Origin: Candidatus Moranbacteria bacterium UBA1362 | Lineage (GTDB): Bacteria; Patescibacteriota; Minisyncoccia; Moranbacterales; GWC2-37-73 | Direction of reading: 5' to 3' | Length of the DNA stretch: 51,399 nt | Assembly (NCBI GenBank): GCA_002306085.1 | Contig: DBRS01000008.1 | Coordinates: forward strand, 1 to 51,399 | In this document: piece by piece, positions 16,657 to 24,382 of the stretch | How the letters are laid out: the number at the start of each line of letters is the position of its first letter | How positions within the stretch are numbered: the first letter of the stretch is position 1 | Made by a program: the position numbers and the translations under genes | The notes under the pieces: generated by a model | What the model was told of the DNA's origin: nothing | The model's input: the letters and a program-made list of their open reading frames with translations, nothing else | Database searches by the model: none

Positions 16657-18966
16657 TTATTTTGCAATGATTTTTCCTCCCTGCCCCACCTGGTCAAGAC
16701 GCACCGACAAAAGCTTTGAAATTCCGTCTTCGCTCATGGTTACTCCATAAAGGAGTGAGGCTTGGCGCATTGTTTCACGGTTATGCGTAATCGCCACAAA
16801 CTGAGTTGATGCTGAAAGCTCCTGAAGAATCTTTCCAAAACGTCTGGAATTAGCTTCATCGAGAGCAGCTTCCACTTCGTCAAGGATCGCGAACGGCGGA
16901 GGATTATATGAAATTATGGCAAACAGCAAGGCAATGGCAGTCAAAGATCTCTCTCCTCCGGAAAGAACGGCCAGACTTGAAATTTTCTTTCCCGGGGGAC
17001 AGGCAAAAACATCCACTCCCATCTCCTCTTTTTCATCAGTGCCTTCTTCTGTCTGTTCCTCAATATTGCCCTCATTCAGGTCGTCTTCTTTTGCCTTATT
17101 CTTTTCTTTTTTTGTTTTAGATTTTATCAAACGCGCGTTTCCGCCACCGAAAATAATTTTGAAATATTTTGCAAATTCTTTGTCAATTTCCGCAAAAGCC
17201 TTTTCAAATTCGGTTTTGATGCGCGCATCCATTTCTTTTATCACCGTACCGAGAGATATTATTGCATTTTGCAAATCCTTGAGCTCCTGAGTAAGAAAAT
17301 CAAACCTTGCGGACGTTTCATTATATTCTTCCACAATCATCGGGTCTATGCCGCCTATGTGCTCAAGCTGCATTTTAAGCTTGTTTATTTCTTTTTCAAT
17401 GGCATCCCTGTCAATTCCGGTATCCACTTTTTCATTTTTAAGTTGCGACGGCTCGCATTTAAGCTCACTGCGGATCTCGTTGGACAAATCTTCTTCACGA
17501 ACTTCTATTCTTGCAAGTTTTATTTTTGCCTCATTGAATTGATCTTTCAGGACAGACAATTGCTCCTGCTTTACTCTTGATTCCCTCTCCAGTTCAAAGA
17601 AACGCTCTCTTGTTTTTTTCACCCTTTCCGTCTCTGCAGCCATTTCTTTTTCAATCTTCTCAATTTCAACTCTCAACTGCTTCTCACGGGATTGCAAATC
17701 CTTTTTCTTTTCCTCAAACTCCTCTATCTTTTTCAATATTAACGCAGTTTCTTTGGAATTGTCTTTTTTAATCGAAATTTCGCCTTTGCCGGATTCTCTG
17801 TGCAGATCGTGAAGCTGCTGCTGAATGGCTCTGGCATGCTCCTTTATTTCTTGGAGATCTTCCAGCTTCTCAACGCTCTCGATTCTTTTTATGAGCCTTT
17901 CCTGCGCTTCGCGAATATTCTTCAATTTATCCTGAACATATTTTAAATCTACAGGTATTGTTTCAATCAATTTTTGGTTTGCAAGCTTTTCTTTCTCAAT
18001 AATAACGCGTCCTTCGGAAATTATCAACTCCCTCTCAACTTCGTTCAACTTTTTTTGCAGCTGACCCTTTTTGTTTTCAAGCTCCTGTTGAAATTTCGAA
18101 TCTTGGAAACTTTTCGATTCCCGGCCAAGCTCATCGTTCATCTTATCAACCTCGCGCTGCATGTTCATCATCGATGCGCCAAGAGTTTCCTTCTGGCGGG
18201 AAAATTGCTGTCTTTCCGACTGGAATTGATTCCAGAGAAATGAAAATAATTTTATCTGTTTTTCTTTTAATTTTTCCGCGATGTCTTTCCCCTGCACCGC
18301 CTTTTCGGCTTGCCGCTTGAGCATCCTAAGATGCGGCTGGATTTCACGAATAAGTTCCTCCACGCGCTCCATGTTTTCTTTGGTCGACTCCATTTTTCTC
18401 TGAGCTCTTGCTTTCTTTATCTGATATTGCTTAACTCCCGCGGCATCTTCAATGATCGTACGCCTGTCATAAATAGACGCGTTCAAGAACGCGTCTGACA
18501 TTCCCTGATTGATGACCGAGTAGCTTTCTTTGCCGACACCCGCTTTGGCAAGCAAATCAATCACGTCAATAAGCCGCACTTTACTGCCATTTATCAGATA
18601 TTCGGATTCTCCCGAGCGGAAAACTTTTCTGGCAATCGCAACTTCCGAAAAATCCAGCGGTATCCTTTTATCAGAATTGTCGAAATGCAAAACTACGCTC
18701 GCGCTTGAGAGCCTCGCTTTACTGCCGCTTCCGGCAAAAATTATATCTTCGGATTTCCTTCCGCGCAGATTTTTCATGGACTGCTCCCCCATCGCCCATT
18801 TGATTGCGTCGGCAACATTGGATTTTCCACTGCCATTGGGACCGACAATAGCAGTAATTCCTTTCGCTTCTTTGCCACTGCCAAAATTACCCGCCGGAAG
18901 AAACTCCAGTACGGCCTTATTTGCAAACGATTTGAATCCCATTATTTCAACTTTTTTGAGATACAT
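16657..18966 (-). CDS. smc: SMC-family ATPase, short (about 770 aa), no recognisable hinge
   Basis: GFKSFA, Walker A GPNGSGKS, signature LSGGE, Walker B/D-loop ILDEVEAALD; start placed at ATG 18966. Confidence 0.88.
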   Translation of the reverse strand: MYLKKVEIMGFKSFANKAVLEFLPAGNFGSGKEAKGITAIVGPNGSGKSNVADAIKWAMGEQSMKNLRGRKSEDIIFAGSGSKARLSSASVVLHFDNSDKRIPLDFSEVAIARKVFRSGESEYLINGSKVRLIDVIDLLAKAGVGKESYSVINQGMSDAFLNASIYDRRTIIEDAAGVKQYQIKKARAQRKMESTKENMERVEELIREIQPHLRMLKRQAEKAVQGKDIAEKLKEKQIKLFSFLWNQFQSERQQFSRQKETLGASMMNMQREVDKMNDELGRESKSFQDSKFQQELENKKGQLQKKLNEVERELIISEGRVIIEKEKLANQKLIETIPVDLKYVQDKLKNIREAQERLIKRIESVEKLEDLQEIKEHARAIQQQLHDLHRESGKGEISIKKDNSKETALILKKIEEFEEKKKDLQSREKQLRVEIEKIEKEMAAETERVKKTRERFFELERESRVKQEQLSVLKDQFNEAKIKLARIEVREEDLSNEIRSELKCEPSQLKNEKVDTGIDRDAIEKEINKLKMQLEHIGGIDPMIVEEYNETSARFDFLTQELKDLQNAIISLGTVIKEMDARIKTEFEKAFAEIDKEFAKYFKIIFGGGNARLIKSKTKKEKNKAKEDDLNEGNIEEQTEEGTDEKEEMGVDVFACPPGKKISSLAVLSGGERSLTAIALLFAIISYNPPPFAILDEVEAALDEANSRRFGKILQELSASTQFVAITHNRETMRQASLLYGVTMSEDGISKLLSVRLDQVGQGGKIIAK

Positions 18967-19065
18967 AAGAAAATAAGATACAAACAAAATCGCAAAACCA
19001 ACCCGAACGGTTTTCGCTCTTCATCTTAACTTTATACCTTCATATTTTACCATGTTTTTGAATAT

Positions 19066-19357
19066 AAAAAAAGCCCTGGGATTGGGCATTAAAAAACATG
19101 TTTAGCGTTCACGATGCGATGCATGATTGCGTTCCGATATTATGGAATTAAGAATATATCGGGAGCAAAGGCGGGGATACAACCCAATTCACTTTGCTCC
19201 CATAGTGATCAGGGCTGTATTGAAGACCGCATGAGATAGTTTTTGGCTATCACAGAATCGCCAGCAATGAGTATAGCTACTGTCCGCCTAGACTTTCGAC
19301 CCTATGCCGGCAGTCCTCTTCACAAGCCTTTGATCCATCGAAAGAACTGGGGAAATT
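19066..19357 (-). ncRNA. Candidate structured non-coding RNA (about 290 nt), family unidentified
   Basis: Upstream TTGATA-17-TAAACT promoter (19364-19392), multiple nested stems, and a GCCC/GGGC hairpin with U7 at 19066-19087. Confidence 0.45.
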
Positions 19358-19517
19358 AAATATAGTTTAACGCGTAAAATTAAATTTATCAATAAAAAAG
19401 CCGACTATAAAAAGAAAAAGCGCCTACATTGAGGAGCCTGTGGTGAAATAAGTTCACTGTTTTATGAAATGTGCTTTTTTAGTTTAGCAAACTTACTTAC
19501 ATTTGCGCAGCTACTTT

Positions 19518-19623
19518 TGTCAAAAATGGTGGCTCGGAGAGCAGGAAGTTTTATGTTTTCGATGAAACACTCCCTGCCCTCCGACCGGTGTAACGGATAA
19601 CTATCCAAGAGGAGCTTCGGCTG
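19518..19623 (-). ncRNA. Candidate small RNA (about 100 nt), family unidentified
   Basis: TTGACA-16-(TG)TATAAC promoter (19629-19656); 18-bp stem with G-U pairs only on the minus strand, then a U5 tract. Confidence 0.45.
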
Positions 19624-19730
19624 ATTTAGTTATATCATAATAATTAATTTTGTCAAATTTAAAATCACCAAAAACTTGCTTTTCGAAAAAGCGCATGTTT
19701 TTTAGTGTTTAAGCAATATTTTTAAAATTT

Positions 19731-20723
19731 TTATTTCGAAATATATTCCGCCATTTCCACCAGTCTGTTCGAGTATCCCCATTCGTTGTCATACCATCCG
19801 ACAATTTTTACAAGATTTCCCTGGGACATCGTGAGCGGAAGATCAACAATAGCGCTCAAAGGGTTCATCTTATAGTCCATTGAGACGAGTTTTTCTTCAG
19901 TTGCGCCCAAAATATTCTTGAGACTTTCTTTTGAAGCCTCTATGAATGCTTCGTTGATTTCCTCAACCGTCTTGGAGCTTTGCACAGTGCAAATAAAATC
20001 AACGATTGAAACCACTGGAGTCGGAACGCGAAATGCAATTCCGTCCAGTTTTTCTTCAAGATGCGGAATTACTTTGCCAACGGTTTTTGCCGCTCCAGTC
20101 GTCGTCGGAATGATGCTGAGCGCAGCTGAACGGGCTCTGCGCATATCCTTATGTGGAAGATCAAGAAGATTTTGATCATTTGTATAGGAATGAGTTGTCG
20201 TCATAAAACCTTTCTCCACTCCGCAGAGATCATCCAGAACTTTTATCATTGGGGCAAGACAATTCGTCGTACACGATCCGTTTGATATTATCTGCTCACC
20301 CTTATATTCTTTCTCGTTTACTCCGAGAAGATAGACCGGCGTGCCATCTTTTGGAGGAGCGCTCAAGACAACTTTTTTCGCGCCTGCCATAATGTGCTTT
20401 TCTGATGATTTTTTGTCAAGAAAGACACCGGTACACTCAAGGACGACGTCCACACCCATTTCTCCCCACGGCAGCTGCAACGGGTCTTTTTCGGAAAAAT
20501 ATTTAATGCTTTTTCCGTCTACGATGATTTCACTGTTTTCCTTGTCGACAGTCACATTTCGGTGATACACGCCATAGGAAGAATCATATTTCAAAAGATG
20601 CGCCATCGTTTCGATATCGGTAAGATCGTTTATTGCGACGACATCCATGTTGCGCTTTTCAAAAATAATCTTGAGAGATGGACGACCAATCCGGCCAAAC
20701 CCGTTAATCGCTATTTTTAGCAT
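19731..20723 (-). CDS. gap: Type I glyceraldehyde-3-phosphate dehydrogenase
   Basis: INGFGRIGR, SCTTNCLAP and WYDNEWGYS. Confidence 0.98.
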   Translation of the reverse strand: MLKIAINGFGRIGRPSLKIIFEKRNMDVVAINDLTDIETMAHLLKYDSSYGVYHRNVTVDKENSEIIVDGKSIKYFSEKDPLQLPWGEMGVDVVLECTGVFLDKKSSEKHIMAGAKKVVLSAPPKDGTPVYLLGVNEKEYKGEQIISNGSCTTNCLAPMIKVLDDLCGVEKGFMTTTHSYTNDQNLLDLPHKDMRRARSAALSIIPTTTGAAKTVGKVIPHLEEKLDGIAFRVPTPVVSIVDFICTVQSSKTVEEINEAFIEASKESLKNILGATEEKLVSMDYKMNPLSAIVDLPLTMSQGNLVKIVGWYDNEWGYSNRLVEMAEYISK

Positions 20724-20855
20724 AAGTTTTTGCTTATAAGTTAATTATAAAAAAATTAAATGTTATAAGTTTTATAAAATTCCAAGCAATTACGATAAAC
20801 AAAGGTTTAAATAATAAAAAAGCTTGGGATTTGTATTTTGTAATTTTAATATATA

Positions 20856-21137
20856 TTAAAATTCATCCGTTTCTATGTTTAGAATCTTCCAGTTTTTCCC
20901 GGCGGTCTTTTTTATATCAAAATCTGCTTCTTCCAAAATAGTATTTTTTGCAATTGATTGCAGTCCAAACTTAAGATTCTCGATACTGATGTCTTCGACG
21001 TGCTCATCAAATCCGTCATGCGCCATGGAAATTTCCCCTATTTCCAAACTTACCTTCCTGATTTTTGAAAGTTTTTTTTCGCGGGAAATTTTTAAAATTT
21101 CGTCAACTATTTCTTTTGCCAATAAAAAATCGTGCAA
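20856..21137 (-). CDS. hypA: HypA-like nickel chaperone lacking the zinc-binding domain
   Basis: Start TTG-CAC-GAT gives M-H-D (HypA starts MHE); V-x-LEIGEIS, GT/EGA-equivalent NTILEEA, and terminal G-x-N-W-x-I-x2-IE; no Cys. Confidence 0.75.
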   Translation of the reverse strand: MHDFLLAKEIVDEILKISREKKLSKIRKVSLEIGEISMAHDGFDEHVEDISIENLKFGLQSIAKNTILEEADFDIKKTAGKNWKILNIETDEF

Positions 21138-21245
21138 GAATTTGGATTCACGAATCAAACCCTAATTATATCCGAACATCTTGAATACATTCCAAACATC
21201 CGCGATTATTAGTGAAAAATTCGTGCAGATTAGCAATTTATATCC

Positions 21246-22511
21246 TCAATGCACGGCGCAGCTTATGCAGGGATCATACGCGCGGATGAACGCGCGCATC
21301 TTTTTTTCTCTTACCTTTTCATCCTTTTCATCAAGTATCCCCGGAATGAACGCCGCGATGTCGTCTTCAAGGTGCGTCAAAAATTGCGCAGTGGGCGTTA
21401 TAATATTAACGCCCTTTATATATCCTTTGAAGTCAACATCAACCCAATAATACAGCGTTCCGCGCGGAGCTTCAACCGCGGCCGCTGCCTGCCCTTCCCG
21501 GACTTCATATTTCTTTGTCAACGCATTTTTAAGATCCGAATGCCCGAGTTCTCTCAGAAGTTTTGTTGAATCCTCAATGCAATGAATTATTTCAACCATT
21601 TGATAGAGCACGTTATGAAAAGGATTAAAGTCCGGATTCTTGAAATTAAGCGAACTGAGAAAATGGCGCGCCCGCATGCTGAGTTTCTCGCCTTGATTAT
21701 TGACCCTTGCGATTGCGCCCACCATATAACTCGTCCTTCCGTCTCTCATCACTCTTTTTATCATTTCTTTGGGTCTTTGGAATTCATGAAATCTGTCTTC
21801 GAAATTATCCGCCTTGACGTGAAGACCCTTGTTCGATGTTATATTCCCATCGTAAATTGCATATTCGCCTTTCTTGTAGAGACTGACATATTCCGTCGGA
21901 CGTGAAAATTCCGGAAGCTTTATTTTCTTGAAAAAATTTCCAAGCTCCATAGCCACAGGCAAAATTTCTTCGCCTTTCACTATCAATTCCCTTATTTCCT
22001 CCAATGTTGGAACTTTTTTGAACCCGCCGACTTCATTCGTAAGCGGATGCACAACTCTGCCCCCGATTGTTCTCACAAGATCCATCCCGTATTCCCGGAT
22101 TTTGATGGCTTTTTTCGTTTCCTCCGGATATTCTTTCACGAGATTAAGGTCATTTTCAATATCAAGAAAATCCGCCAGCGACAAAAAGAAAAGATGAAGC
22201 GCATGCGAGTGGATAAATTGCGCATGTTCCATGACTTTCCGAAGCTTTATGGCCTCTTCGCTGACCTTAACCTTCATCGCGTTTTCGATCGCTTTTATCG
22301 AAGTAAGATTGTGCACAACCGGACATATTCCGCAGATCCTCTGCGCCACAATGGGCATGTCTTTATAGTGTCTGCCGATAAGAATCCCTTCTATAAGCCG
22401 AACTCCCTCTCTCACCTCAATTTTCGCCGACTTAACGTCGCCCCTGAGCACGCTTGCCATAAAACCCGCGTGTCCTTCAATTTTTGCAATATGATTTATC
22501 TGAATTTTCAT
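21246..22511 (-). CDS. [NiFe]-hydrogenase large subunit (group 3b-like)
   Basis: KIEGH, L1 motif RICGICPVVH, EAPRG, and L2 motif DPCISCAVH directly followed by the stop. Confidence 0.95.
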   Translation of the reverse strand: MKIQINHIAKIEGHAGFMASVLRGDVKSAKIEVREGVRLIEGILIGRHYKDMPIVAQRICGICPVVHNLTSIKAIENAMKVKVSEEAIKLRKVMEHAQFIHSHALHLFFLSLADFLDIENDLNLVKEYPEETKKAIKIREYGMDLVRTIGGRVVHPLTNEVGGFKKVPTLEEIRELIVKGEEILPVAMELGNFFKKIKLPEFSRPTEYVSLYKKGEYAIYDGNITSNKGLHVKADNFEDRFHEFQRPKEMIKRVMRDGRTSYMVGAIARVNNQGEKLSMRARHFLSSLNFKNPDFNPFHNVLYQMVEIIHCIEDSTKLLRELGHSDLKNALTKKYEVREGQAAAAVEAPRGTLYYWVDVDFKGYIKGVNIITPTAQFLTHLEDDIAAFIPGILDEKDEKVREKKMRAFIRAYDPCISCAVH

Positions 22512-22597
22512 GTTAATTATTTTAATTAGATCCTGATTACACTTTTCAACGTCTTTCGGATCCAGAAAAAAATATTTAATATCATTGATTGTCCAAT

Positions 22598-23638
22598 TTA
22601 TTTCGAATCCAATTTATATTCCCGTTCAAATATATCATCCCTTAGCCCGTATATTTCCGTCACGTTTTCAAATTCCTCATCTGTCATCATATTCTTAAGC
22701 GTCGCGCGCATAGCTTTGATATTTCCCTTCGGACGAAGACCTCTACATCCCTGACACATCATCCCCGCGCTCGGGCATACAGCGTCACAGCCTCCCTGAA
22801 TCATCGGTCCAAAACACGGTTTCTTATCAAGCAGCATGCATCTGTTTCCCTTGGCTTTACATTCCACGCACACAGGCTTGTCGGCAAGCTCGGGAAGACT
22901 TTTCCCGGTTTTAGCGCTTTCAAGAAGCATCGGGAAATATTCTAAAAATTCTTCTCCTGTGATCGGACAACCCGGAAAAGTAAAATCAACCTTCACAAAA
23001 TTATCCACTTCCTGGATTTCGACGTTATCAATTCCCCGGATGTATTTATAGACATGTTTTGCGGTATTTTTTTGTTCCTGATAATTTTTTATTTCCGGAA
23101 CTCCGCCCATCGCGGCGCAATTTCCCAGCACCACAAGAAGTTTGCTTCTTTTGCGAAGAGCCTTGAGAGTCTTTTTATTTGCTTTGGTCATAGGATTACC
23201 TTCCACAAATCCAATATCAAGCTTTTCGCCGCTATCTTCCTCGTCTTCAATCAGCCTGAAATCAACCATGTCAACCTTTTCCATAGCTTCCATGAATTTT
23301 TCGCCCAAATCCAGAAGCGCAAATTGGCATCCCTCGCAAGACGTAAGACTGACAATCGCAATCTTTGGTTTTTTCTCTTTTTCTTCCGTTTCTTTCACTT
23401 TCTCGTCGTCCGCATTTACCAAAACAGCCCGATATTTCTCCGAATCTTTTTCGCCATTCTTTTCAGAATCAGGCGCGGGAAGATTCCATGGCAAAACCTC
23501 CGGAAATTTGTCAACGACTTCTTCGTCAAAATCATTTCCGATAGTCTCACGTGCGCTTTTTTCCTTTTGAGGTTTCTTTGTGTTTTTTTGCACGTTTAGG
23601 TTTCTTATTTTTATTTTTATCACTTCGTCTGATTTCAT
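22598..23638 (-). CDS. [NiFe]-hydrogenase small subunit (group 3 delta-like) with a charged N-terminal extension
   Basis: SCEGC, VEG, GNCA-x2-GG, PGCP, then the distal Cys series CVEC...C...CFG...C...CP...CQGCRG. Confidence 0.92.
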   Translation of the reverse strand: MKSDEVIKIKIRNLNVQKNTKKPQKEKSARETIGNDFDEEVVDKFPEVLPWNLPAPDSEKNGEKDSEKYRAVLVNADDEKVKETEEKEKKPKIAIVSLTSCEGCQFALLDLGEKFMEAMEKVDMVDFRLIEDEEDSGEKLDIGFVEGNPMTKANKKTLKALRKRSKLLVVLGNCAAMGGVPEIKNYQEQKNTAKHVYKYIRGIDNVEIQEVDNFVKVDFTFPGCPITGEEFLEYFPMLLESAKTGKSLPELADKPVCVECKAKGNRCMLLDKKPCFGPMIQGGCDAVCPSAGMMCQGCRGLRPKGNIKAMRATLKNMMTDEEFENVTEIYGLRDDIFEREYKLDSK

Positions 23639-23668
23639 AAGTTAATATTAGCATATTTTGGAAAAAAT

Positions 23669-23706
23669 AAAAAAGCTCCGCACGGTGAAAATTTCACCGC
23701 GGGAGC
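23669..23706 (-). terminator. Long hairpin terminator
   Basis: GCTCC-GC-ACGGTGAAA-A-TTTCACCG-CG-GGAGC with an A-tract on the left. Confidence 0.75.
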
Positions 23707-23724
23707 CTACTTTTGGCATGTTTG

Positions 23725-24168
23725 TCATGCTGCTTTCAACATGAGCGCAAAATCATTTTCCTTGAATATCATTTCCAGATCGATACACCCGTCATTCCAT
23801 CTGTTACCGGGACCAAAGAACATGCATCGTATACATATACTGCCTTTTGCATTAAGATATTCCGTCCCCCAGAAGTATATAAAGCGATTGTTTCCATATT
23901 TTCCCTTCCAGGTTTCAGGAATAACCACGGGATTGGCAAGAAAGAAGTCCAGCATGCAAGCGTTTACTTTTTTCATGCCCTTAAGATCTTCCAACTGTTT
24001 CTTGACATCATGACCTCTTATCGGTTTTTTGTCTGCCCGCATTTTGGACGCATAGAGCCGAAAATTTCGAGGATCCCAAACGACAATACCGCCTTTTTCA
24101 TGGTTTTTCAGTTTCAACCCCAGCCCCTCAGGAACAGAAGGTTCCACGTTGCAGTCAACAATCAGCAT
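23725..24168 (-). CDS. Conserved hypothetical protein (LNA-x2-LD-x-L...IPExWK...FWGT family)
   Basis: 147-aa ORF with strong SD AAGGAGG, own promoter and terminator. Confidence 0.75.
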   Translation of the reverse strand: MLIVDCNVEPSVPEGLGLKLKNHEKGGIVVWDPRNFRLYASKMRADKKPIRGHDVKKQLEDLKGMKKVNACMLDFFLANPVVIPETWKGKYGNNRFIYFWGTEYLNAKGSICIRCMFFGPGNRWNDGCIDLEMIFKENDFALMLKAA

Positions 24169-24274
24169 ATTTATCCTCCTTCTTTATGTTTTTGTTGCAA
24201 TCCGAAGCTTAAAGCAGAATTTTGGCTATAATAAGCCTATTTTGGTTATACAAAGAACTTGCGCTCAACCTTTA

Positions 24275-24303
24275 ATTATACTCCTAAATAACCTTTTTGT
24301 CAA
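24275..24303 (-). promoter_or_regulatory. Consensus sigma70 promoter, divergent from hypF
   Basis: TTGACA, 17-nt spacer, TATAAT on the minus strand. Confidence 0.75.
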
Positions 24304-24382
24304 GCTTGCATTATTCCGCGCCTTCCTGTATATAGTTCGAGTATTCTGGCTTGTTCTTTTCAAAAATGATACGCTGATATTG

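Noticed and set aside
19290-19340. Leader peptide MDQRLVKRTAGIGSKV
   Set aside because: It has no SD and no amino-acid run typical of attenuator peptides; it is indistinguishable from a chance ORF.
19066-19623. Assignment of the gap to TPP, SAM-I, guanidine-III, RNase P, tmRNA or SRP RNA
   Set aside because: Only fragments resemble these (e.g. UGCCGGCAUAGGG, GAGGA, CCGUUACACCGGUC); the required conserved cores are missing.
24149-24382. N-terminal 78 codons of the hypF ORF as the missing HypF domains
   Set aside because: They bear no resemblance to acylphosphatase, zinc-finger or YrdC domains, and the region holds divergent promoters.
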